A DNA stretch of 64,000 nucleotides from positions 146,570,001-146,634,000 of the forward strand of contig NC_086097.1 of assembly GCF_963921235.1 (NCBI RefSeq). The letters run 5' to 3'. Made by a program: the position numbers and the translations under genes. Shown here piece by piece: positions 38,751 to 51,571 of this stretch. Positions within the stretch are counted from its first letter, which is position 1. The number at the start of each line of letters is the position of its first letter. The stretch comes from Mobula hypostoma (taxonomy: Eukaryota). The notes beneath the pieces are model-generated. The model did no database searches and was not told the origin of the DNA. It saw only the letters and a program-made list of their open reading frames with translations.

Positions 38751-39519
38751 TTGCAACAGCATGAGTGGAGTGCTGAGTGGATGGTCCATCTTGGTTTACT
38801 CTTTAACCACAACCATCACGGAGGTTGGAGCTTTCATTGACTTTATGTCAACCACTTTAGTGAATTTTATTCACTTAATAAGATATCAAGAATTGCTTCA
38901 GAGCATTAGATACAGCAAAGGCTATGGATCAGATAATATTCCAACCACAGAGATGATTTCCAGAATTTGTTGCCCTCAATCCAAGTATTTCCAACTACAG
39001 TACAATACTGACATCTACTTGACGATGTGGAAAGTTGTTGCAAAACAACCTTTTCACAAAAAAGTTGTTCCAGTATGACCTATTCACACAAAGTAGGGCT
39101 AACTCAATCTGGTAATTACTTCTCAATCAATCTACATCCAATTGTTAACAAACAGATAGAAGTTGCCATTGACAGAACCAATAAAAAGGTCTTTACTCAC
39201 CAATAACCTGTACACTTATGCCCAGTCTGGGTTTCACCAGAATTTCTTACCTTCAGACTGTATCACGGCTTTGGTGCAAACATGGAGAAAATTTAACAGT
39301 ATTCCAGGGATAAAGTATGAGTGACTGCCCTTAGCATCAAGTAGGCAATTGACTAAAGGTGGCATCAAAAAGCCTTGGCAAAACAGAAGTCAAAGGACAC
39401 TAAAGAGAAAGCTCTCCAATGCATGGTTCCATGCCTCACAAATAGGTATAAGGTTGTGGTTACTGAGGCTCAATTGTTCCAGTCCCAGAACTTCACTGCA
39501 GGAGTGTCCTACTGTCGTA

Positions 39520-42170
39520 GACCCAAACTTCCCCATTATTGATCATATTACTTGGGGTTGGACTTCAAAAAAATAAGTGATCGACTGTGGTCATCAGTCC
39601 ATAACCAAAATGCCAGAAACTGTTCAAATGAATAAGAAGTGTAGACAGTATAGTGAAATAAAGCTTTAGACCAGTATCAAGCAACCAACAGCAGCCAACA
39701 TATCTGTTGTGTAAAAAAGTTTTTTTTCAAATGAGGCAATGAAACCATCCAGGCCTGTTGAACATTTGAAGGGAATACACTCTGATAAAATAAACAAGAG
39801 CTTGGCTTATTTTCAGTCACCTCATGAAAACTTTTAGAAATGGAGAACACCTTACAACGAGTTTGCCAAAACAGTGATGGTTTGTGTGCTTCATACAACA
39901 TTTCATTGCTCATTGCTAGATCTCAAAAGCCTGATGTAATTGGAGAAGAACTGATTCTGCCTGCAGTGAGAGAGGTTCTGAGTATGGTTTTGCATAAGTC
40001 ATCAGACCAAATAATTAAAACTACTTTGCTTAGTGCCAATTCTGTTCAAAGACAAACAGGTGAATATCTGAGAATGTGGAAGACACATCATGTAACATAC
40101 TTAGGGCAACAGAATTTGCTCTGCGGTTGGATGAGTCACTCTGCCAGCCAATAAATCTTTGCTTCTTGGTTCTGTTCATTTCACAAAAGATGAAAGCATG
40201 GTTCAAGTGTTGTTATTTGCAAGGGGACTAGAAACAGATATGAAGAGGGAGTCAATATTTTGAATTGTTGAGCATTTTTTTAAGAGAAGGACATTCCACT
40301 CACCAATATTCTTGCTTGTGCTACAGATGGGGCACCATCAATGATTGGACACCCACCATAGGGTTACTACTTTCTTGAAAAAAGCTGCACCTAATATCTT
40401 TACCATTCACTGTGTAATTCACAGAAAACATCTTGTCACAAAAAACCCAAGTGATTGGCTGTACAAATCATTAAATACTGTTATCATAGTATCATCCCAT
40501 GCTCTCAATACTCAACTATTTTCAGATTTTTGTATTGAGAATGTTGAACAGCTTGAACACTGCTGTTGCATACAGAAGTTAGATGGTTCTCTAAAGGTAA
40601 CTGAGATGCCGTTATGTGGTTTTTGAAACTGATAAAATTCTTTGAAGACTCTAATGCTTCTTTCAGTAATCAACTCAAGAACATTAGCCATGACATTGCC
40701 AGAATTAATCACAAAGTTTAATGAAACCAATCTTCTGTTGCAAGAAAATGTTGTGAATCTTAACAAAGTCATTTCTGTTGTCTCTGAATTTCTTTCCAAG
40801 TTAACCCTATTTAAATGCAATAATGGCCATCACAACTTTTTTCAATATCTGAGCCTTTCTAAGTTGGAGGAGAAAGAAATATTATCAGATGATGATCTTG
40901 AGTACACTGTGCCCACCTGGGTGAGCTCACCTCTGTCCCAGGATACTGATGGACTTTTACCGCTGTACCATTGAGAGCATACTCACCAACTGCATCTCAG
41001 TGTGGTATGGCAATGGTTCCGTATCGAGCCGCAAAGCACTCCAGCATGTGGTGAAAACTGCCCAGCGGATTATCAGCACCCAATTGCCCACCATTGAGAA
41101 CATCTACCATAAACACTGCCTGGGCAGGGCGAAAATCATTATCAGGGATGTATCTCACCCTAACCATGGACTTTTTACTCTCCTCCCATCCGGTAGGTGC
41201 TACAGGAGCCTCCGCTCCCACACCAGCAGGCACAGGAAGAGCTTCTTCCCTGAGGCTGTGACACTGCTGAACCTCTCATCACAGCACTAAGCAGTATTGC
41301 ATCCATATTGTACTGTCTCAGTACTTTTATATTTGTGCGCTGTCACACTTCTTTTCTTCGCAGTTGTTTTGCAAATAACACTATTCTTTGCATTTCCGGT
41401 CAGGTGCTAAATGCATTTCATTGGCTTTGTATCTGTACTCGGCACAATGACAATAAAGTTGAATCTAATCTAATCTAATCTAAAGACATGTCAGGGAGAT
41501 TTCTGGATTTTCTCTCAATCCAAATTCCACATTGGGTAATAAATCTATTCCTGAACACTTGTAATGAGGAATTAACAGGAAGAACAGAGAAGAACTGATC
41601 TCGCTGCAAAATGTCTGAGCTGAAGCCAAGGTTCAAAACATCATTTTAAAACTTGGTTGCAGAAAGAAATCTCTGAACCCTACCTTGAACTGTAGAAAAA
41701 GGGCAAGATGTTCTTTTTTGTCTTTCCAACATCATATTTAGTGGAGAGTGATTTCAGTGTAGTCACCTAACTTCTTTCAAAGCAATGAAACAGACTGCAA
41801 ATTATAGAATTTGGGGATCTGGGACTCCTTCTGAGTGACATTCGGCCTAATGTTGAGAAGCCGATATCACTGCACCAAGCCGGTCCATCTCATTGAAAGG
41901 TGAAAAAGCAGTGAAAAAGTGGACTACTAATGTACGCTCTAAAATTGTTGATGTAATTAAATAAAGAAATAATTTTATTTGTAGCTTAAAATAAATCTAA
42001 ATTTTTTTGCAATTATTTGTCACTACTTTGAATTTGCAGTCCCTATTTTCTCTCACTACGCATCGTAAATCAAAATACTCTATAGTTTTAATGTAATGGC
42101 CAGAAAGGGAGAGGGAAGACTGGGGAGCCAAGAGGGCAGTAACCCAAAAAAATTCAGAGACCACTTCTTT
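39520..42170 (+). mobile_element. Decayed hAT transposon (Charlie/Buster, ZBED5-like transposase)
   Basis: SNEAMKPSR, ASYNISLLIA, IGEELILPAVREV, LDES, ATDGAPSM, IHCVIHR, TEVRWFSKG and FPTSYLVESDFS across frameshifts. Termini approximate. Confidence 0.9.
40930..41482 (+). mobile_element. Young Rex1-type LINE 3' fragment nested in the hAT transposase
   Basis: ORF FYRCTIESILTNCISVWYGN...SFFPEAVTLLN; (AATCT)n tail at 41462-41481; hAT reading resumes KDMSGRF. Confidence 0.92.
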
Positions 42171-43537
42171 AGAGTGAATGTTTTCTTTTCATTCAGTGTT
42201 CATTCTATTGTGCTGTAAATAACTAAAGTGGAAAGTGAGATGAGATGAGTGGAATACTGAATTTGCTGATTTCAGGCAACTCAGCCCTCAGGTGTTCTCG
42301 TCACACATACACTCACCCACCAAGTAAGTTTTCTTCTCCCTAAGTTTACCTCTCCTTCCCCTCTCTCCCCTCATGTTACTGTCTGCCCATAGCGCCCTTC
42401 TTCATCTGTTTCTATTTTTCACTTCCAGCCTCTGTCCTACCCTGCCTTCCCCCCAACACCTCACCATCATAAACGAACAAGACTTCCACTTCTCCTCTCA
42501 ACCCTGAGGCAGTATCTCAAGCCAAAATCTTGATTTACCCCATTTGTTACCACAGGTGCCCTTAATCTGCTGTGTTTGTCCAGAATTCTGCCTTTTCTTT
42601 GTTCCATATTCCAGCATATACATTCTCTTGTCTGCAGTTTCAAAGTGATTTACATGTCCCTTTGGAGTCACAGTCACAAGTGAAGTAACATGCTGATTAT
42701 GTGCAGGCAGAGGGAGATCTTTAAAATATGTCTCAGTTTTATTCACAGTTCTTCTCAGCATCTATACTGATACATGTCATTAAAAGTGCATGAATTTGCA
42801 TTGTACATAGCTTACCTTTGGATTGTTTGCCCTCTATCTGATGCCCACTGTCCCAAATTGTTGTGAGAACTTTTTAATTTATAGAACAAAATTCTATATA
42901 TTTATAGCTTTTAATTGAATTTTATACATTGGATTCATTTATATTGCACCAGTAAGAAAAATGTTATTTGATACTTCACAGAAGTGTAACTAGGCAGAAA
43001 TAATTTTGGCCTCTTGTAAGTTGACAGCTGCTTGGATGAAATTGACCTTGCCTGATCTCAGTGGTTCTATGGTATATCTCAGCCTTGCTCCCTCAATGAG
43101 CCACCCCAGTCATTGTAAATATGACAAGTTTATATATTGCCATGCTTTTGCACCACAAATCATCTTGATTTTGTACCAAGCTGGAAATCACAGTCAAGAT
43201 GGCCTAGGTTAATTGGTCTGATGGTACGGTATGTAAACGACCACTTGCAGTTGGACTATGGCACATGACAGGTTCAAAATACAGGAAGTTTCATTCTGAA
43301 TATGACCCAAAATTTGCTTGATGCTTGTGATATATTTCTGAAGTGCAAAAATATTTCGCAATGACAGGCACATCACCTAAGACCATAAGATGTAGGAGAA
43401 GAATTCGGCCATTTGGTTCATTAGGTCTGCTCTGCTATTTCATCATGGCTGATCCAATATTTTTCTCAGCTCCAATCTCCTGCCTTCTCCCCATATCCCT
43501 TCATGCCCTGACAAATAACTAATTAATTTTTATAATA

Positions 43538-44367
43538 GATAGATAGATATACGTTATTAATCCCGAGGGAAATTTGGTTTCGTTACAGCCGCACCAACCA
43601 AGAATAGAGCGTAAATATAGCAATACAAAAAACCCCAACAATCAAACACCAAAATGCAAACTATGCCAGATGGAAAATAAATCCAGGACCAGTCTATTGG
43701 CTCAGGGTGTCTGACCCTCCACGGGAGGAGCTGCACGTTCGATGGCCACAGACAGGAATGACCTCCCGTGCCGCCAAGTGTTGTATCGCGGTGGAATTTG
43801 GCCGAAGTCCAACAGTAAAAAGTTCAGTATCCAGTCTGCAAACATGTTCCTCGATTGTAATATACCCCGGATTGCACCATCCGTTGTTAGCTAGAACAGT
43901 AAGTATCCAACTCCTTTATGCTTACCACTCTCAGTGCACTTACAGTCAGCCGGAAGGGTATTACCCACCGAACTCCTCTTCTCCAAAGGTCTCTGTTGTC
44001 TCGACCCGGTCCTCTTTCCTCGGCTTTGTGATCCCCCTCTGCATCCTCTGTGTGTTTTCCTCTGGATTTCAGCAGGGGTGTCCGCCGCTCTGTTCACTAA
44101 GCCAGCCGGTATTTGCTGGTCTGTGGAATACACAACGCAACTTTGCTTCTGTCCCACGTGTTGGGATGTAACCATTTCCAGCACTAAAGAAAACCCAAAT
44201 AAAACTCTCTCTACCAGCATGTTAGAGAGGTTGCAGCTTCGACGTATTACCGTGAGAAAAAAAATACAAAAAATAACGTAAATTAAAAAGTAAGAAGAAA
44301 GAAGAAGAAAGTAAGAATAGATCAGAACGGCTGTACCAGGCTGCATGCATGACCAGCGCATGCGCAC
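43538..44367 (-). mobile_element. Short bipartite LINE derivative (5' end joined to 3' end, no RT)
   Basis: - strand order: 5' leader, YSTDQQ..IQRKTHRGCRGG..RTGSRQ ORF lead-in, then the C-terminal RYNTWRHGRSFLSVAI, 3' UTR and (TATC)n tail. Confidence 0.65.
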
Positions 44368-44547
44368 TAATCAAAATAAATCTGCATCTAATTAGAGAAA
44401 AAAATTTACAAACTGTCATGCAATGATAAAGACAGAGTGAATGGGAAGCAGCATGTGAAAGGAGATGACAATGATATTAAGTTTTATTGGTCACACTGAT
44501 TTATATAGAAATATTATGAATATACGGAACACCAAAGAATATAATGA

Positions 44548-45058
44548 TATGCTGATATTGCAGAGGGTTCAGAGGAGTATCACAAGAATGATGTTGGGAA
44601 TGAAAGGGTTACCATATGAAGGCCGATTGATAGCTCTGGGCCTGTACTCGCTGGAATTCAGAAGAATGAGGAGGGATCTCATTGAAACATATCAGATGCT
44701 GAAAGGCCTTGATAGAGTGGATGTGGAGAGGATGTTTCCTGTGCTGGGAGTATCTAAGACCAGATGACACAGCCTCAGAATAGAGGGTCATCTGTTTAGA
44801 ACAGAGATGAAGAAGAATTTCTTTAGCCAGAGAGTGGTGAATTTGTGAAATTTGTTGCCACAGGCAGCTGTGGAGTCCAAGTCATTGGGTATATTTAAGG
44901 CAGAAGTTGATAGGTTCTTGATTAGTCAGGGCATGAAGGGTGATGGTGAGAAGCAGGTGATTGGGGCTGGGAGGGAAATAGATCAACTATGATGAAATGG
45001 TGAAGCAGGCTTGATGTGCCAAATGGCCGAATTCTGCTCCTATATCTTATGGTCTTAC
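44548..45058 (+). mobile_element. CR1 LINE 3' end
   Basis: LQRVQRSITRMMLGMKGLPYEGRLIALGLYSLEFRRMRRDLIETY; tail tcttatggtctta. Confidence 0.92.
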
Positions 45059-45164
45059 GATTTTATATCATTCTAGTAATGTGCTGGGAATGGTTGTGCA
45101 GAATAAGGTCGCAACTTGAGACTTTGATATCCTTGTACTGTTGATATAATGTTCCTTTGTTGTA

Positions 45165-45484
45165 TGAGGAATGATTGATAAGTTCATGGCCTAAGGTAAA
45201 AGAAGTCAATTTTAGAAAACCTCGCACATTTATTTTTCAACATAGTCCCCTCCTACATTTACACACTTAGTCCAGCGGTCGTGGAGCATACGGATCTTGG
45301 ACCTCCAGAAAGTGTCCACAGCAGGGGTGATTGATAGTTTCACGGCCTAAGGTAGAAGGAGATGAGTTATACAGCTCTTGTTACATGCACATGCAGATCA
45401 ACTCTTTGAGTGATTATGTAGAAAGTTTGAAGTTAATAAGTCATCTCCTTCTACCTTAGGCTACAAACTTATCAATCACCCCTG
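45165..45484 (-). mobile_element. Mariner-derived non-autonomous element with three TIR copies
   Basis: TIR-like ggggtgattgata..ggcctaaggta at 45165 and 45322, inverted at about 45436-45484. The - strand IRMLHDRWTKCVNVGGDYVEK* resembles a mariner transposase C-terminus. Confidence 0.85.
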
Positions 45485-45724
45485 ATGAGTTGTTAACTTA
45501 TGAGTAGATAAAATGGAGGGAAAATTTTTAGGCATGGGCATAACAAAGCACAGAATGGCAGGACAATTGAACCTTTCTAATGTGGGAAGCTGCTGTGGAA
45601 ATGGATGAAAATATGTTTAAAAGGCATCCCTGGAGATCTTTGGCACTGGAAGTGGCTGAAATGAACCCACTGGGATTATCCAACAACATTCCCAAACAAC
45701 GTCCAACAACCTCCCCTTCAATGT

Positions 45725-46632
45725 CCAAAAAACAAAAGAGCTGATTGTGGATTACAGGAGGAATGGAGACAGGCTTGCCCCAATCAACATCAGTGGGTCT
45801 GCAGTCGAGAGGGTGAGTAGATTCAAGTTCCTCAGTATACACATCACTGAAGATCTTACCTGGACTATAAGGTAAGGTACGTCGCATTCGGAGTTTCTCC
45901 AGTTAGCGGTCGATTTCCCTTCACGCCGCTCTGACATAGTGGGAATTCGCATACGAGGCAAGTTACAGCAGTGGTTTGCCATTGCCTTCTGCCGGGTGAG
46001 TTTCCAAAGAGATCACCAGCTCACAATCCAGCACGGGTGGAAAGCGTGCAGGGGAGCTGGCTGGCTGGATTCGAACCCGGGACCTTTTGGCTCGAAGTCT
46101 GACGCTAATGCCACTATGCCACCAGCCGGGTCATACCTGGACTGTACACACCAGCTTTGTGGCAAAAAAAAGCTGACTGAAGAATTTCGGCATGGACCTC
46201 CAATTCCTCAAGACCTTCTATAGGGGCACCATTGAGAGCATACTCACTGCCTGCTAAGGGAACTGTGCCAACCTTGATCGCTGGGCACTGCAGAGAGTGG
46301 TACTGACAGCCCTCGCTGGGCACTGCAGAGAGTGGTACTGACAGCCTAGCACATCTGTAGATGTGAACTTCACTTCATTGGGGACATTTATAGCAGCAGG
46401 TTCAGAAAGAAGGCCTGGAAGATCATCAGGGACATCAGTCACCCCAACCATACTGTAATGCAAATGGTACTGCAGCATTAAAGCCAGGACCAATAGGCTA
46501 TGGGACAGCTTCTTTCTACAAGCCATTAGACTTATAAATTCACAGGTCTGTATATTGTGACAGAATCATAATGCAAAGATTTTTCACTCCCTCACATTGT
46601 GGGATGGATGTAAGATTTAAATAAATTCAAAT
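45725..46632 (+). mobile_element. Rex1-type LINE 3' fragment with a nested SINE
   Basis: Similar to 50760-51480 (gattacaggaggaatggagacaggct). Confidence 0.88.
45867..46133 (-). mobile_element. tRNA-derived SINE with a 10-bp TSD
   Basis: - strand head CCGGCTGG TGGCATAGTGG ... GGGTTCGAATCC; TACCTGGACT at 45857-45866 and 46134-46143; (ACCTT)n tail. Confidence 0.88.
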
Positions 46633-46679
46633 TCCTTTGCTGCTTGTGCCCCTTGAAAAAGTTAACAAAATTACAGTAG

Positions 46680-47210
46680 CACAAGCCCAAGTCCAAAAAT
46701 GCCTGGATACTACTAGCATCAATGCAGAAAAATGATAAGATTATCAGGGACAAATTAGAAGCTACAGGAAGTTGTAAAATTAGCTCCATCATGAGTACGA
46801 GTCTCCATAGTATCCAAGATAACTTTAAGGAGTGATGCCTCAGAAAGGCAGCGTGCATTATTAAGAACCACCATCACCCAGGACCTGCCCTCTTCTCATT
46901 GTTACCATCAGGTGGGAGGTACAGAAGCCTAAAGGCACACACTCAGTGATTCAGGAACAGCTTCTTCCCCTCTGCCATCGGACTCCTAAATGGTCATTGA
47001 CACATGAACACCACCTCACTTTTTCTATAATTACTTCTGTTTTGCACTATTTTTAATTTAACTATTTAATATACATATATAAACTTCCCGTAATTGATTT
47101 ACTTATTTATTTGTTTCTATATTACCATATATTGCATTGAACTGCTGCCACTAAGTTAGCAAATTTCAAGACATATGCCGGTGATAAGAAACCTGATTCT
47201 GATTCTGATT
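46680..47210 (+). mobile_element. Rex1-type LINE 3' fragment
   Basis: ccatcaggtgggaggtacagaagcct...ttcaggaacagcttcttcccctctgccatc; tail cctgattctgattctgat. Confidence 0.85.
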
Positions 47211-48251
47211 AAAAAGTAAGCAAGGTAGATTATATATTCAAATAAAACCAAACTGGAACTACTGGGAGATGTAATAGTTTGATGTATTGTTGTGATTATC
47301 TCTGGTAAACGTGTTTTGACATATTGCATGTTGAGATTGTTATATCATCCCCATTGTTCTAACTTCCACAGCAATATTCTGTGATACCAGACTACAAACC
47401 ACTTACCTGTCATCTTACAACCAGGTGTAGGCAAACATAGGGATGTGTGTAATGTAATAACTATTATTTTTAATAATTAATCTGCAGTTAAAAGTACCCG
47501 CAGGTATTAAAACTGCAATCTGTAATTTATGTAATTCTGAGGAGGCTGTGTTCAAGGTGAGATTAGAATGCATGCACCAGCATTATTGAGCTAATAGTCT
47601 TTAAGTGTGCATACAGTCTAGCACGGGATCTGGTGCAAAGGAGTCAAGAGATATTCAGAAATATTACAAATGTGGTAGATGAATGAAGTACCAATGGCAA
47701 AGGATAAGACAGCTGCAAACAGTAAGGAAAGCAAGAATGTGATACAAAGGTATGATAATGAGAAAAAAATAACTTACAAGGTTGCTTAATGTTATGTAAT
47801 TAAAGCAACTTAAATATGATGGTATACTATCAAATTAGTGAAATATTACTAACACAGTAAATGGGAGAACATGTTAAAGCTTATGATACTGCTTCAAGGG
47901 AAGTCAACTGATTAGAGTGACATACTGTATCTGATCTCTCCTGCGGGATCATTGATTTGTACTACAGATTTCATGGTCTTTACATGTGATAAATCATGTA
48001 ATATCATTGAAACTCAAAAAACCAGCATCTAATTGTTTTCAAGTTTTGATGTTTAAAGGGATCACCCTTGGATGAAATCCCATTGCATATCCTGATGAAA
48101 GGCCTTCCCAACAGAAATGTTAGATCTATCTCCCATTCTGCTCATGATGCCTGATCTGCTGAATATAGCCATCATTTTCAGTATTGCTTTTTAAGATTTC
48201 CAGTGTCAGCAGTACTTTTAGTTTAAAACTTAGCCATCAACTCAACAGTCA

Positions 48252-49065
48252 TAATCAGAATTAGGTTTAGTATCACCAGCATGGGTCATGAAATTTGTTG
48301 TTATGTGGAAGCAGTACACTGCATTACTTAACAATAAAAAACTGTAAAACTATAAGTATATGTATATATTAAAAGTTAAATTAAATAATTGGTGCAAAAA
48401 GAGAAAACAGAAGCAGTGAGGTGGTGTTCGTGTGTTCAGTCTGTTCTGAAAACTGATGGCAGAGAGGAAGAAGCTGTTCCTGAATCCGTCGGTATGTGTG
48501 TCTTCAGGCTCCTGTACCTCCTCCCTGATGGTAGCAATAAGGAGAGGACATGTCTTGGGTGATGGGGGTCCTTAATTATGGATGCCGTCTTTTTTGAGTC
48601 ATCTCTCCTTGAAGGTGACCTGGGTGCTGGGGAGGATAGTGTCCATGATGGAGCTGACTGAGTCCACAACTTTCTGCAGCTTTTTATGACCCTATACAGT
48701 GCCCCTCACCCTCATATCAGATGGCGATGCAGCTAATTAGAATGCTCTCCTTGGCACGTCTGTAGAAATTTGCCTGTGTCTTTGGTGAAATACCAAATCT
48801 TCTCAAACTCCAAATGAAATATAACCACTGTTAAACCTTCTTTGTAACTGCATCAATATGTTGGCCCCAGGTTAGATCCTCGGAGATGTTGACACCCAGG
48901 AACTTGAAATTACTCACCCGAGCCACTTCTGATCCCTTGATGAGGACAGGTGTGGATTTCCTCAACTTCCCCTTCCTGAAGTCCACAATCAATTCTTTGG
49001 TCTTCTTGACGCTGAGTACCAGGTTGTTGCTGTGACACCACTCAACCAACTGATCTATCTCACTC
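48252..49065 (-). mobile_element. Rex1-type LINE 3' fragment
   Basis: - strand VEWCHSNNLVLSVKKTKELIVDFRK..FKFLGVNISEDLTW and LLPSGRRYRSLKTH. Confidence 0.9.
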
Positions 49066-49069
49066 CAGG

Positions 49070-49435
49070 TCTATGTCTGATGCAAAGGCCATGGGATTGA
49101 CTTCGACAGCACAAACTACTGTGCAGCTCCAATGGCTTATGGGACCGCCTGGTAAAGGAAGCCATTGAAATAAAACTAGAGGAAAACAATTTAACAAAGA
49201 TGAAGGTCTTGCTCCAAGTAAGAACTGGAATTCAATTCTAAGCAAGGTGGAAGAGCAGAAACCTGATTGGATAAGGAGTAGCCAATCAGGAGGGTTGGAC
49301 TATGGGGTTATAAATACACTGGACTAAACTTACCCAGCCATCATCCCTGAAGAAGATAGGAGAGTTTGTCATTGAAACGTCAGTTATAATCAGGTTATAA
49401 TACCCGACTTGAAGCCTGAGAAGAGTTTATTCGTA
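49070..49435 (+). mobile_element. 3' fragment of a second Penelope-like family (Penelope/Poseidon-type)
   Basis: Frameshifted translation GHGIDFDST..LLCSSNGLWDRLVKEAIEIKLEEN.FNKDEG..SKNWNSI resembles a PLE endonuclease C-terminus. Followed by CCAAT boxes, TATAAA (49309-49314) and a hammerhead-like core. Confidence 0.75.
49345..49384 (+). ncRNA. Hammerhead-like motif of a second PLE family (longer, decayed stem II)
   Basis: CC CTGAAGA agataggagagtttgtcatt GAAA CG TC agt. Same core and ACGU palindrome; stems partly decayed. Confidence 0.5.
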
Positions 49436-49914
49436 ATAATATCACTTCTTCCTTGTTGACTAAATAAAATTCTTTTGTGGGGGTGAGTTGAGAATGTGGC
49501 ATTCTTTGCAGAGATTACTAAGGCTTTTATTTGTGGGGAGATTTGTCCTAAATCCTCTCAAGGTGGGAGATTGTATGCATACAGTTAGATCCACCTGCCC
49601 TGGGTTTTCAGTGGGGTATTTAATAGTTTGCTATTAGCAGAGAGCAGAATAGTACGTTTACTCTTTGCATTCTCTTGCTCAATAAGAAAGAGAAACAACC
49701 TCAGGGATTATCAAAAGGCTCAAACTTATTTCATTGGATAATTTCCTTATGAACAGAAGCAATAGCTTAAAATTCTTGTCAATATTGTAGCAGTAAGTTT
49801 TGACTTCTAGCATGCAAAACCATGAAGGTTAAATATACAAAATTTAGGGGTTTACTATTCATGGTATAGAGAAAAGAAAAGAAACTGAGTTAGGACGTCT
49901 TCATAAAGAACCTC

Positions 49915-51488
49915 AAATGCAACCCCGGAGGAGAGCTACCGAAGTGACTTGCAACATGGTCGTCTCTGAGGCCAACGTACGCAAGTGTTTCCAATGAGTG
50001 GACAGTCGCAAGGCTGCGGGACCGGACGGCCTCCCAAGGCAGGTACTCAGAGTGTAAGCAACACAACTGGCAGGTGTGTTTACAAATATTTTTAATCTTT
50101 CCCTCTCCCAGTGTAGAGTGCTCTCCTGCTTCAAAACATCCACTGTTGTTCCTGTACCTATAAAGACCAAGATAACATGTCTGAAAGACTGGCGTCCTGT
50201 TGCACTCACCTCAATAATAAGCAAATGCTTTGAGAGGCTGGTCAAGGATTACATCTGCAGCTTGCTACCACCCACACCGGACTCCCTACAATTCGCCTAC
50301 TGACACAACGATCAACAGACGACACAATAGCCACAGCTCTACATACCATCCTTACACATCTGGAGAAGAAGGATGCTTATGTGAGAATGCTGATCTTGGA
50401 CTACTGTCCAGCATTCAACACCATAGTTCCATCCAGGCTTGACAAGAGGCTCAGAGACCTCAGCCTTGACCCTGCCTTGTGTAGCTGGATCCTGGACTTC
50501 CTGTCAGATCACCAGCAGGTGGTAAGAGTGGGCTCCCTCACCTCTGCCCCTCTGACTCTCAACACAGGAGCCCCTCAGGGCTGTGTACTAAGTCCCCTCC
50601 TTTACTCTCTGTATACCCATGACTGTGTCGCCTCCCACAGCTCCAATCCGCTGATGATACCACATTGATTGGCCTAATCTCAAATAATAAAAAGGCAGCC
50701 TACAGAGAAGTCATCACCCTGACACAGCACTATCAAGAAAACAACCTCTCCTGCAATGTCACAAAAACAAAGGGGCTGGTTGTGGATTACAGGAGGAATG
50801 GAGACAGGCTAACCCCTATTGACATCAATGGATCTGGGGTTGAGAGGATGAACAACTTTAAGTTCCTTGGTATACACATCACCGAGAATCTCACGTGGTC
50901 TGTACATAGCGGCTGTCTCATGAAAAAGCACAACAGTGCCTCTTTCACCTTAGATGGTTGAAGTTTGGTATGGGCCTCAGATACTAAGAACTTTCTACAG
51001 GGGCACAATTGAGAGCATCCTGACTGGCTGCATCTCTGCCTGGTATGGGAACTGTACCTCCCTCAATCACAGGACTCCGCAGAGAGTGGTGTGGACAGCT
51101 CAGTGCATCTGTAGATGTGAACTTCCCACTATTCAGGACATTTACAAAGACAGGTGTGTAAAAAGGGCCCGAAGGATCACTGGAGACCCAAGTCACCCCA
51201 ACTACAAACTATTCCAGCTGCTACCATCCGGGAAATGGTACTGCAGCATAAAAGCCAGGACCAACAGGCTCTAGGACAGCTTCTTCCACCAGGCCATCAG
51301 TCCGATTAATTCACGCTGATACGATTGTATTTCCATGTTATATTGACTGTCCTGTTGTACATACTATTTATTATAAATTACTATGGATTGCACATTGCAC
51401 GTTTAGGCGGAGACATAACATAAAGATTTTTACTCCTCTTGTATATGAAGGATGTAAGTAATAAAGTCAATTCATATTCAATTCAATT
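49915..51488 (+). mobile_element. Rex1-type LINE RT region to 3' end
   Basis: [59 protein letters not shown] and FKFLGIHI. Confidence 0.93.
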
Positions 51489-51571
51489 CGATGTTAGATT
51501 ATAAACGAAGGGGAGAAAAACATGCATTAGTTTCATTTCTGCCATTTTGTTTATTTATTTATTTCTATGCT

